Part shown: positions 39,843 through 49,207 of the stretch, piece after piece
Layout of the letters: each line of letters starts with the position of its first letter
How positions within the stretch are numbered: position 1 is the stretch's first letter
From: Planctomycetota bacterium
GTDB lineage: Bacteria > Planctomycetota > UBA1135 > UBA2386
NCBI GenBank assembly: GCA_046290465.1
Contig: JBKAGP010000001.1
Location: 2,912,001-2,976,000, forward strand
Length of the DNA: 64,000 bases
Direction: 5' to 3'
Translations under genes and position numbers: made by a program
The notes under the pieces: generated by a model
What the model saw: the letters and a program-made list of their open reading frames with translations, nothing else
What the model was told of the DNA's origin: nothing
Databases searched by the model: none

Positions 39843-40388
39843 TTGAAACGCAGCAAGAAGAAGAACGACGAGGCGCACCAGCGCACTCTCCCCCCATCGC
39901 CGCTCGCAGCGCCGATGATCAGGATGCTCGAGACGAAGCTCGAGGTCCCGAACAGCTATGTGCCACCGGGACCGCTCCGGAGTGCACTTGACGTTGCCAA
40001 GATGATGCGCGAGCTCATCGGTGAGGCTGACCGCGAGCACTTCGCCGCCCTCTACCTCAACACGCGCCACTTCGTGACTCATGTGCACATCGTCTCGTGT
40101 GGCACACCCCAGGCCACGGTTGTTCACCCTCGGGAAGTGTTCAAGGCGGCCTTCCTGGCCAATGCCGCGGCACTCATCGTCGTGCACAACCACCCATCCG
40201 GAGACGTGCACCCGTCGAGTGACGATCGCGCGATCACAGAACGCCTGCGCGAAGCGGGTCAGCTACTCGGTATCGAGCTACTCGACTCGGTCATTGTCGG
40301 CCCTGGTGAGGAGTTCTATTCCTCAGTCGAGGGATGCGTACTCCGCATCGCAACCGACAGCACAAAGGAGGTTGCCGATGGATCCTGA
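39843..40388 (+). CDS. radC: RadC-like JAB domain protein
   Basis: REHF, VHPREVFKAA, HNHPSGD, LLDSVIVG; TTG start after AGGAGG (alternative ATG 39915). Confidence 0.9.
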   Translation: MKRSKKKNDEAHQRTLPPSPLAAPMIRMLETKLEVPNSYVPPGPLRSALDVAKMMRELIGEADREHFAALYLNTRHFVTHVHIVSCGTPQATVVHPREVFKAAFLANAAALIVVHNHPSGDVHPSSDDRAITERLREAGQLLGIELLDSVIVGPGEEFYSSVEGCVLRIATDSTKEVADGS

Positions 40389-40952
40389 CCGTGCGCCAGC
40401 CCGCATCGCGGATGCTAGCTGCAACGGTCACGATGGTTCGCCAGCCGCCCCGAAGTGGTCCGAACTGTTCGTAATCGCCTCTTATTGACGAAGAGATAGG
40501 TCATGCTCGACGAGTGGTTGCGCCGTGGTTTCCCGCGCATGGCGGCCATACCACGTTCCGTTGCTTGATCCCCGCTCCGATTTGTTTGGCCAGGCTGGTC
40601 GCGTCCCGCGACGCCATCGCCTGACAGGCAGAGCGGTTGAGACCACAGGTTGTTCCTGGACGGACTCCCGCACTCTCTCCCGTTCAGTGCTAAAGCCCCG
40701 CCCACGGCTGCCTCGTGATCCTTCCCTCCGACCGCGTTCCGTCGCACCCAGCGAGCCCCGTGCACGCGCCGAACATGAACGAGCGCACGTGACAGTTTCT
40801 CGCATCAATCCAGAACTCCTTAGCCAGAGCCTTCCCGAACGCGCCCCGTAGAAGTACGACCGGATGTTCGCAGAGGTAGTTGCTCGCAACCCGCCATGTC
40901 GGCACAGCTTCTGCCCGGGTATCTGGGGCCTCGAACCCCTGGAGGCATCGCA

Positions 40953-43244
40953 ATGCTGAAGAAGGTTGTTGCAATCAAGAATGTCGGCAAGTTTCGCAAC
41001 TGCGGATCTTCCGGAGATGTCCAATTTCGACGCGCGACACTGATGTTCGCGCCGAATGCGCGGGGCAAGACCACCTTGTGTGACATCCTTCGGTCGCTCC
41101 GCACGGGTGACGGTTCCTACATCATGGGAAGACAGACGCTCGGCTGCGCTGACGGCCCAGAAGTCGAGCTCCTCACTGAGGCCGGCAAATGCGACTTCCG
41201 GTCGGGGGGATGGACAGGCACGGTCGCACACCTTGAGGTGTATGACTCACGCTTCGTGAACGACAACGTCCACGCGGGCGAATGCGTTGGCCACGACCAG
41301 AGGCGAAACCTCTACAACGTCATCCTCGGAGAAGAAGGACTCGAACTGAAAGAAGACTGCGATGCGAAGGACGCAGCTAGTCGCGAAGCGATTCGGGAGG
41401 AGAAAGAGAGACAGGCCGAAGTCCAGAAGCTCATGCCGCACGCGATGGCGGTGGAGAAGTTCTTGTCACTTGAGAAGGGCGATGATTTCGATACCAAGTT
41501 CGAGGAGGCGAAGCGCCGCGTCGCACTGCTCGAAGCCTCGACCGAAGTTCAGGGGAAGAGCCTGCTATCGACAGTAACAATTCCGACCTTCCCTGCTGGG
41601 CTAGCCCAGATCCTCGGATCAACGCTTGAGGATGTCTCGGAGAACGCTGAGGCGCTGATTCAGGAGCACGCCACCAATCACATGAGGGCTACGGATGAGT
41701 CATGGCTGCACCAAGGCGTGAACCTGATGCTTAACGACGATTGCCCGTTCTGCGGAACGCTGCTCAGTGGTCGAGAGCTTCTAGCAGCCTACCGAACCCA
41801 CTTCGCCGGGAGTTACCGAGAGCACAAGGCCGCGGTGGAAGCATGGAGGGCCAGGCTCGACACGTTTGTGAGCGAAACCACGTTCCTCCGGATTCAGCAG
41901 ACGCTCGATGGCAACACCAGGCTTCTGGAAGACTGGAGAAGCTACCTCACCACCGATGAGCAGCTCGAGCTAGACGTCGACGCCCTCAGCGAGAGCCTCC
42001 TGTCCTTGCAAAGCGTCGCCCGAGATGCCTTGGCAAGGAAGTGTGAGGCGCCGCTAGAGGCAATCGATATTGCTCTGGAACTGAGTGCGGCAGAGGAAGC
42101 AGTCGCTCAGGCACGGTCCTCGGTGATGGCTTACAACTCGGCCGTCGAGAGGGTCAACGCTGCAATGCGGGCCAAGCAAGAGGAATCGCGCAAGGGAGGC
42201 CTGACGGAGGCAAGACAAGACCTTGCCGAACTCGCGGCGACGAATACTCGAGCGGGGGCGGAGGCAACAGCAGCATGCCAGGAGCTACTCGCCGCACGGA
42301 CCAAGAGAGCTGCAGCTGACCTCGAGAAGTTGAAGGCAAAACAGAAGCTCGAGAATTACTCCGAGAGCGTCTTTCAACGCTACGAAAAGCGCATCAACGA
42401 GTATCTCAAGAGGTTCGGCACATCCTTCAGAGTTCGAAAGACGGCGGCCGAGTTTCCGGGCGGGAAGCCTCGCACGACTTATTGCCTAGCCATCGAGGCG
42501 CACGAGGGTTCATGGGAGGAGGTGAGGCTAGGGGACCTCAAGACGCCCAATGACCAGGCGTCGTTCAAGAACACGCTCAGCGCAGGTGACAAGAGCGCTC
42601 TTGCGTTGGCGTTCTTTTTCGCTCAGGTCGAGGCGAGTCCAAACCTGGCGGACAAAGTGGTCGTGCTGGACGACCCCTTTACTAGCCAGGATCGCGGGAG
42701 AAGAGTCTGCACTCAGCAGAGCATCAGAAGGCTCGCCCAGAAGACACGCCAAGTTGTCGTTCTGTCCCACGACCCCAACTTCCTAAAGCTCATATGGGAC
42801 GAGTTGCCCGCGGCCGAGAAGAAGACACTCCAGCTCACTGAGCTTGGCGGCGTGATGGAGTGGGACATCGAGAGCGAAGTGCTTGAGGAGTACTATCAGA
42901 ACTTCACGACACTCTGGAAGTACTGCGAGTATCGCGATGGCAGCCCCGAGAGTGTTGTGAAGACAATGCGCGTCCTGCTGGAGAAGTACCTTCGGTGGAA
43001 GTTGCCGAACCAGCTTGACGCGAAGGGATGGCTCGGCGACTACGTGAAGGCCATCGCGGACGCCGACGAAGGATCTCCGCTCGCACAGGCCAAGTGCATC
43101 CTCGAAGACTTGGAGGACCTCAAGGATTACGCGAAGCGATACCACCACCCACAAGACGATGGCACGAGCAGCGGGCAGTTGGTCGATAGCGACGAGCTCG
43201 CGACCTATGGGAAGCGAGCTCTGGAACTCGTGCAGAAGTTCTAG
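40953..43244 (+). CDS. Rad50/SMC-like ABC ATPase with zinc hook, RloC-like (AAA_13)
   Basis: Walker A APNARGKTT, coiled coil with CPFC, signature LSAGD, VLDDP, LSHD; C-terminal helical domain RVLLEKYL...KRYHH. Confidence 0.8.
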   Translation: MLKKVVAIKNVGKFRNCGSSGDVQFRRATLMFAPNARGKTTLCDILRSLRTGDGSYIMGRQTLGCADGPEVELLTEAGKCDFRSGGWTGTVAHLEVYDSRFVNDNVHAGECVGHDQRRNLYNVILGEEGLELKEDCDAKDAASREAIREEKERQAEVQKLMPHAMAVEKFLSLEKGDDFDTKFEEAKRRVALLEASTEVQGKSLLSTVTIPTFPAGLAQILGSTLEDVSENAEALIQEHATNHMRATDESWLHQGVNLMLNDDCPFCGTLLSGRELLAAYRTHFAGSYREHKAAVEAWRARLDTFVSETTFLRIQQTLDGNTRLLEDWRSYLTTDEQLELDVDALSESLLSLQSVARDALARKCEAPLEAIDIALELSAAEEAVAQARSSVMAYNSAVERVNAAMRAKQEESRKGGLTEARQDLAELAATNTRAGAEATAACQELLAARTKRAAADLEKLKAKQKLENYSESVFQRYEKRINEYLKRFGTSFRVRKTAAEFPGGKPRTTYCLAIEAHEGSWEEVRLGDLKTPNDQASFKNTLSAGDKSALALAFFFAQVEASPNLADKVVVLDDPFTSQDRGRRVCTQQSIRRLAQKTRQVVVLSHDPNFLKLIWDELPAAEKKTLQLTELGGVMEWDIESEVLEEYYQNFTTLWKYCEYRDGSPESVVKTMRVLLEKYLRWKLPNQLDAKGWLGDYVKAIADADEGSPLAQAKCILEDLEDLKDYAKRYHHPQDDGTSSGQLVDSDELATYGKRALELVQKF

Positions 43245-43506
43245 ATGAGTTGGTCGACGCGACTAGCCCACTGGGCAACAGCAATCCTCGAGCGGACCCT
43301 CAGCCGCCTCATTCGATCTTGCGATGGTTGCCGTCCTCCCCTTAGAGCTTCACGGGAACACAAGAGGGCTGCGCTCGCCTGAGGAGCGGCATCCTTCCGG
43401 GAAGCCACAGCTATTGGGCTAGCCACTTTCTCCCTCAACCCAAGACCGCTCGCAACCCGCCGACTTGAGTAGCCCTCCGATCCATGAGACCCTCAAATCA
43501 GGAGGG

Positions 43507-44187
43507 ATGATGGAGAGGAAGCTCGCTTGGTTTCCATTCACGACAGCACAGGTCGAGATCGCACTCGGCTTGGCCGGACTCGGTGCTACAGCGGCCTCGT
43601 TACTCGAGGTCCCGGGCCCAACGGTCGCGCTTGGAACGGCGGGCTTCCTCCTCCTCACCTTTCTCGTCGGGCTGCTTGCCGCTGCTTCCGGCAACCGAGT
43701 GGCGCGTGTGCACCTCGATGGGGCCCTGCACGGGCGCGGCTACGCGGATCTGTTCCGACACGCCCACCGCAGCCTGCTCCTCATCCATCTCGACGACGAC
43801 GCGCCTCACGATGAGCTCTTGGGCCTCTACCGTCGACTGCTCGAGCGCGGCATCGAGATTCGTCGCCTGATCTTCGTACGTCCTGACCACCGTCAAGCCG
43901 GAGTTCGCTGGATCCGCGAGTTCGGGCCGCACGAGCTTCTTCGCCAGAGGTTTGTCGAGACCGCGTCGGGGAACCCGCTCCCGCTGAGCTTCGCGGTCGT
44001 CGATGAGGACGCCGTCCTGATCGCCGTTCCCGGATACCACCCAACCGAAACGGAAACGTTCGGGGACGGCCTCGTGCTACGACACCTGATCGAACTCCGA
44101 CATCCGACGATCACTCGCGCATTCCTCGAGGCCTACGAATCTGCCTGGAGGCGAGGTACGCGGCTGGAGGACGACTGCCTGGCGTAG
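43507..44187 (+). CDS. 2TM protein with C-terminal PLD-like (non-HKD) domain
   Basis: Two N-terminal hydrophobic helices; LERGIEIRRLI, FAVVDEDAVLI, FLEAYESAWRRG pattern. Confidence 0.6.
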   Translation: MMERKLAWFPFTTAQVEIALGLAGLGATAASLLEVPGPTVALGTAGFLLLTFLVGLLAAASGNRVARVHLDGALHGRGYADLFRHAHRSLLLIHLDDDAPHDELLGLYRRLLERGIEIRRLIFVRPDHRQAGVRWIREFGPHELLRQRFVETASGNPLPLSFAVVDEDAVLIAVPGYHPTETETFGDGLVLRHLIELRHPTITRAFLEAYESAWRRGTRLEDDCLA

Positions 44188-44253
44188 TCGGGCGCACGGT
44201 CCGTGGCACGCGAATCAGTGCACGGCTACCGACCTCGCGGTCACGCTCGATTC

Positions 44254-44505
44254 TCACCGCTTTCTACGCAAACGCCGATCCAGCTCCTTGCTGAACTCAA
44301 CGAACGGCACCCCCAACCCGCGACACCACTCCCGCACCTCGAGGATGTCGAGCCGCCGCTCACCGTTCTCGGATTTGCTCACGTAGGACTGGGGCACCCC
44401 GAGACTCTCCGCCAAGTCGGCCTGAAGAGTCCCCTCACGCTCGCGTAGCTCGCGCAGCAGATCCCGAAGCACTCGGTACTCGGGCGTATGGGTGGACTTG
44501 GGCAT
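44254..44505 (-). CDS. XRE-family HTH regulator
   Basis: LRELREREGTLQADLAESLGVPQSYVSKSENGERRLD. Confidence 0.9.
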   Translation of the reverse strand: MPKSTHTPEYRVLRDLLRELREREGTLQADLAESLGVPQSYVSKSENGERRLDILEVREWCRGLGVPFVEFSKELDRRLRRKR

Positions 44506-44540
44506 CTGTGGAGTCTCTGCACCGAATCCTACTTCCCCAC

Positions 44541-44569
44541 TTGGCATATCCCAGTTTCGGATCTAGCAT
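44541..44569 (+). promoter_or_regulatory. Sigma70-like promoter with an operator-like IR in the spacer
   Basis: TTGGCA-17 nt-TAGCAT, 9 nt before ATG 44579; ATCC-N7-GGAT at 44548-44562. Confidence 0.5.
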
Positions 44570-44578
44570 CTAGACCGT

Positions 44579-46009
44579 ATGGCCGTCCTCCGAGAAGCCG
44601 TGACCCCACCAGAGGTCCTCTTCGTCCACGCCCCCTACCCCGGCCGTCTGAAGTTTCGCGCGGTGCCGAGCAGCATGTTCGCAGCTGCCGGCCCCTTCGT
44701 CGTAGCCAACCCGAAACGCCAAGTGAGCTACCTCGACCCCGGCAGCCCGACCGCCGAGTTCTACCGGCACCTTGAGGGTCTGCTCGCGACCGGGCGAGTA
44801 CGCGCGCTGTGCATCTCGACGTCTACGGCAGCCATCGAAGAAACGGCGCGGATCGCCGCAACGAGCTCCCTCTTCGCGCCTGAGACCCTCGTCATCGTAG
44901 GCGGGCCACACGAGAACGACATCGGCACCAAGACCGCCAACCGACTCCCCGGTGTGCACATCTCGATCGGCGGCGAAGCACCCTCGGCCCTGCAGGGCGT
45001 GCTCGAGCTGTATCTGACAGACAATCGAACGGCAGCGGATTTCGCGCGGGACCTGCACCCGGGCGAGCTCGACGAGGCCACCACCTGTGGGGTGTTCACG
45101 GTCGCGAACTGCAACTGGCCCGCGAGGGTCGAGTTCGACCGCGGCCCCAGTCGCTTCCGCGACCCGCGGCCGCTCGTGGTTCCCGAGAGCTACCCACGAT
45201 TCGACGTGTTCGAGGCCCCGTCGACGATTCCGCTCATGGTCTCCCGTGGCTGCTCGTATGGGCGGTGCACGTTCTGCGCGGAGGCCAACCGGGATGGCAG
45301 CGTGTTCCGCACAAGCGACTACGGATGGGTCGAAGAACTGGCCGACCGTGTCCCGGACGCCGCACTCTACTTCCAGGACAGCATCTTCCCGGCCGGCAAC
45401 GGCTCGAGCTCCGAACTGCTTCCGCTACTACGCGGTCTCGACCGCGAATGGGGCTGCCAGGTCTACCTGCCGACCCTCACCGAGCGACGCATCGCCGAAC
45501 TCGCTGACCATGGTTGCACCTACCTCTATGCCGGCATCGAATCGGGCGCTCCGGACGTGCTCGAGGGCATCCGGAAGCCGCAGCTGCAGCCAAGACTGGT
45601 CGCGGAACGCACGAAGTGGATCGCGAAGCAGGGGCCGCGGGTCGGGCTGTCGCTGATGTTCGGCTCGATGTCGACCAAGGGGGTCGTTCTCGAGAACAGA
45701 CGGTCCCTGAACCTGACTCGCGACCTGACCGATGCGGTCCGCGACACCGACGTCAAGGTCGCCGGGTTCTATCCCAACGTGCAAACGGTGCTGCCAGGGA
45801 CTCAGCTCGCTCGCGGGATGGCCGAGGCGGGGCACCACCTGGACTTCTACAGCATGCCCCGGGCACCGGTCTTCGACGGCCTGGAAGACGGAGGGGTCGG
45901 CTACAACTTCCTCACGGTCGGCGGCCCATCCGCGAATGACCTCGCGCTTGCCGAAGACATCGTCGCGACCGCCCGCGACATCCAGACGGTCGGAGTGTGC
46001 TCATGGTAG
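44579..46009 (+). CDS. B12-binding-domain radical SAM protein
   Basis: VIVGGPH; SRGCSYGRCTFC (Cx4Cx2C); YFQDS, GIESG, LPGT. Confidence 0.85.
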   Translation: MAVLREAVTPPEVLFVHAPYPGRLKFRAVPSSMFAAAGPFVVANPKRQVSYLDPGSPTAEFYRHLEGLLATGRVRALCISTSTAAIEETARIAATSSLFAPETLVIVGGPHENDIGTKTANRLPGVHISIGGEAPSALQGVLELYLTDNRTAADFARDLHPGELDEATTCGVFTVANCNWPARVEFDRGPSRFRDPRPLVVPESYPRFDVFEAPSTIPLMVSRGCSYGRCTFCAEANRDGSVFRTSDYGWVEELADRVPDAALYFQDSIFPAGNGSSSELLPLLRGLDREWGCQVYLPTLTERRIAELADHGCTYLYAGIESGAPDVLEGIRKPQLQPRLVAERTKWIAKQGPRVGLSLMFGSMSTKGVVLENRRSLNLTRDLTDAVRDTDVKVAGFYPNVQTVLPGTQLARGMAEAGHHLDFYSMPRAPVFDGLEDGGVGYNFLTVGGPSANDLALAEDIVATARDIQTVGVCSW

Positions 46010-47493
46010 TGCCTCATCCGAGGCATGCCCGGCTTCCGCTGTCGCGCCCTCCGGAGCTCGTAAGGGACCTCGACCGGATCATCATCGGGCAGGACCATGC
46101 GAAACGTGCCCTGGCGCTTGCCGTGTACCGACACCAGCTGGGCCTCTCGGAGGCCTCCGAACACAACGGTCCAGCATTCGGCGCTCAGCACGTCTTGCTC
46201 GTAGGCCCAACCGGCTGTGGGAAGACCCGAATGGTCCGAGAGCTCGGCCGTCTGATCGCCCCCCCCATCGCCACGTGCTCCGCGACGAATCTCGTCGAGG
46301 TCGGCTATGCGGGCGAACACCCAGACAGCATCGTGCACCGACTGCTGCATGCGGCCGATGGCGACGTGCGCCGAGCGGAGCGCGGGATCATCTTCATTGA
46401 CGAGATCGACAAGAAGCGCCGGTCGACCGACGGCTCGAGGGACATCTCCGGCGAAGGCGTGCAGCAGTCCCTGCTGAAACTGATGGACGGCGCCAAGGTT
46501 GCCATCCGCCGAGAGGGCGAGACGACGATGGTCAACACTCGCGGGATTCTCTTCGTGTGTGCCGGCGCGTTTCCTGGGATGGAGGAGATCCTCGATTCCC
46601 GCCACCGACGAGGATCTCTCGGATTCACAGGCATCCAAGGTGATCCCGGCCCGGTCTCCCCGGAGCTCGAAGGCCACGGAGCGCTCGTCGAGTTCGGCAT
46701 GATCCCGGAACTTCTCGGGCGTTTCACGACCGTCGCCCACCTGCGCCCGCTGACGCTCGACGAGCTCGAACGTGTACTCTCGGACTCCAAGGCATCGATC
46801 ATCCGCAGCACCCAAGCGTTCGCCGCGAAACACGGTGCCAAGCTCTCGATCTCGAAAGGAGCCATGCGAGCCATCGCCCGACGTGCGCTGTCCCTTGGGA
46901 CCGGAGCTCGAGCGCTGGACCGGGTCGCGACGAAGGTTCTCGAGCCGACGATCTGGCGCCTCCTTCAGGAGCAGAGGCCCGTGCATCGGATCGAGGTTAC
47001 CTGCCGGACGGTGGACGAGGGACAGAAGGCCCGTTTCCACTACGGAGCATCGACGCGAGCTGCGAAGGAGGACCGCCCGGCCCTCCCACCGTTCGTCACG
47101 CGCGAGTTCGGCCGTGTCGATGGAATCACGAACACGAGGGGCTGGACGCACGATCAGATTCGCGAACGGCTCGAAGAGGTCCTTCCGAGCCTCGAGGTCG
47201 ACGCGGCTCCCAAGTCTGCCAGGACTTGGTGGCAACGATTCGTGGACGCGCGCGAACCCGATCCGCGCGTCGTGCTCCGCGTCGCGGAAGAGCTGACGAA
47301 GAGGGAGGCGACTATCGCCGAGCTCTTCACCGCATTCGTCTGTTCGGCGACGAACAGCATCCAGGGGATCTTCCACTACCTGGACTACAAGCGACTGAAG
47401 GACGAACTGGACCGGAAGCCGAAGGTGAAGCCATCTGAGAACGGGGCGCGAGACGCGCAGGATCTCGGCCTCACAGATGGTCCGCGGAAGTAA
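46003..47493 (+). CDS. ClpX-like AAA+ ATPase lacking the zinc-binding domain, with C-terminal extension
   Basis: IIGQDHAKRAL, GPTGCGKT, FIDEIDK, RDISGEGVQQSLLK, LGF loop, IPELLGR, TGARAL. Confidence 0.88.
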   Translation: MVVPHPRHARLPLSRPPELVRDLDRIIIGQDHAKRALALAVYRHQLGLSEASEHNGPAFGAQHVLLVGPTGCGKTRMVRELGRLIAPPIATCSATNLVEVGYAGEHPDSIVHRLLHAADGDVRRAERGIIFIDEIDKKRRSTDGSRDISGEGVQQSLLKLMDGAKVAIRREGETTMVNTRGILFVCAGAFPGMEEILDSRHRRGSLGFTGIQGDPGPVSPELEGHGALVEFGMIPELLGRFTTVAHLRPLTLDELERVLSDSKASIIRSTQAFAAKHGAKLSISKGAMRAIARRALSLGTGARALDRVATKVLEPTIWRLLQEQRPVHRIEVTCRTVDEGQKARFHYGASTRAAKEDRPALPPFVTREFGRVDGITNTRGWTHDQIRERLEEVLPSLEVDAAPKSARTWWQRFVDAREPDPRVVLRVAEELTKREATIAELFTAFVCSATNSIQGIFHYLDYKRLKDELDRKPKVKPSENGARDAQDLGLTDGPRK

Positions 47494-47662
47494 ACATCGA
47501 CGGACGGCCGCATCCGAAGGCGATCCGCGGCAGGGGCTTCGCGACGTGTGCGCGTTTACAGAACCGAGAGAGCCTTCGGGTGGGATTCCCGCGGTGCATC
47601 CGCGACCTACCGTGGTTTGGACGTGCCCAGCGAAACCAGGCCCACATCAGGAGACGGCAAGC

Positions 47663-47947
47663 ATGATCCCACCACACAGTCCACGAGATCGCGATCCCGG
47701 CCAAGTAGTTGGCGCCCGCGAGTTCGCCTGCGACCTGCTACGGCTGATCGCATCATTCGATTCCCTCAGGCGCCAACGCGATGTCAACCGAGCCGTCGCA
47801 GACGGGGTGAGTTCGGCGCTTCAGCTTCTCCCGGACTCGGGCCTCGAGTCTCTCATACATCTGCTCGCTTCGTTGCAGAGGAGTGCGAGCACTCACGTGA
47901 CCACGAGCAGGGGCCGGCCGCCAGAAGGGACGCATCACAACAACTAG
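47663..47947 (+). CDS. Small hypothetical protein
   Basis: AGGAG upstream; helical; ends 10 nt before the DUF5131 gene. Confidence 0.4.
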   Translation: MIPPHSPRDRDPGQVVGAREFACDLLRLIASFDSLRRQRDVNRAVADGVSSALQLLPDSGLESLIHLLASLQRSASTHVTTSRGRPPEGTHHNN

Positions 47948-47957
47948 AGGGTGACCG

Positions 47958-48680
47958 ATGAGCCGATCGACAATCGAATGGACCAACGCCACGTGGAACC
48001 CGGTGACGGGCTGCACGAAGACCAGTCCAGGCTGCAAGCACTGCTACGCGGAACGCATGGCAAGGCGCCTACAGGCGATGGGGCAAGCCAACTACGCGAG
48101 GGGATTCCAGCTCACGCTCCAGGAGCACATGCTCGATATCCCACTGCGCTGGCGGAAGCCCCGGCTCGTGTTCGTCAACTCGATGAGCGACCTGTTCCAC
48201 AAGGACGTGCCGACATCGTTCATCCAGCGCGTGTTCCGAACCATGGAGCAAGCGCCTCAGCACACGTTCCAGGTCTTGACGAAGCGCGCGGATCGACTGC
48301 GAGAGGTCGCCCCTCAGCTGCCCTGGCCTGAGAACGTCTGGATGGGCGTGAGCGTCGAGAACGCCGACTACCTCGACCGGATCGACGACCTGCGAACCGT
48401 TCCCGCCAACGTCCGCTTCCTCTCTCTCGAGCCGTTGCTGGGCCCGCTAACCGAGATCGACCTGACCGGCATCGGCTGGGCCATCGTCGGCGGAGAGTCC
48501 GGACCTGGCGCACGGGCGATGGACCCCGAGTGGGTTCGGGATCTCCGAGACGCCTGCGCGGTCGGTGGCGTTCCGTTCTTCTTCAAGCAGTGGGGAGGCA
48601 CGAACAAGAAGAAGGCCGGCCGCCTACTCGACGGAAGGATCTGGGACGAGATGCCGTCCCGGGGGCCAACTCGCGCGTAG
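47958..48680 (+). CDS. DUF5131 (phage Gp37/Gp68) family protein
   Basis: [51 protein letters not shown]. Confidence 0.92.
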   Translation: MSRSTIEWTNATWNPVTGCTKTSPGCKHCYAERMARRLQAMGQANYARGFQLTLQEHMLDIPLRWRKPRLVFVNSMSDLFHKDVPTSFIQRVFRTMEQAPQHTFQVLTKRADRLREVAPQLPWPENVWMGVSVENADYLDRIDDLRTVPANVRFLSLEPLLGPLTEIDLTGIGWAIVGGESGPGARAMDPEWVRDLRDACAVGGVPFFFKQWGGTNKKKAGRLLDGRIWDEMPSRGPTRA

Positions 48681-49207
48681 CGTGCTGGCGTACTGACAGT
48701 GCATCTTTGGAATATGACGAGATAGGTGGCGGGTTGGCGAACATCGCACCCTTCAACCGACGAACCGGCCGAGCGGGCCATTCTGCGTATTGATAGAGGC
48801 GCGCGTCACGTTTCTGCATGTGCACTTGCCGACAGGGCGCGACAGCGATGAGATAGACAACCGCTGCGAAGGAGAACGTCATCGATCCCATCGTGGCCAC
48901 ATGACACACCATGAGCCGGGGTTGTCCGCACGGACACAGAGCACTTGACTCTCCTTCTTCCCCTTTTCCCGGTGCTTGCCCCGGCTCACTTTCCTCTCCA
49001 CGGATGACCGATCCACTCGAGCACTTCGGCGAGCAACAAGATGCTCGAGCAGCATCGCGAACTTCTCCTGCAGCAGCGCCGAGATCGTGCGCAGCCATCA
49101 GTCGAGATCGATTCCCCCCTGGGCGCTCTGGACCGTGCGTCGACTGCTGTCACGGGCTCGAAGAACCAAGCCCAATGCTGCCAGCTTGGATGCACGAGGG
49201 GTAGCGC

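Noticed and set aside
44579..46009. Prokaryotic viperin or RiPP maturase
   Set aside because: Has a B12-binding-type N-terminus and Cx4Cx2C rather than viperin motifs; no SPASM domain or precursor peptide seen
21144..48680. Prophage interpretation (integrase plus Gp37/Gp68-family gene)
   Set aside because: No terminase, capsid, portal or tail genes; relaxase and T4CP indicate a mobilizable element
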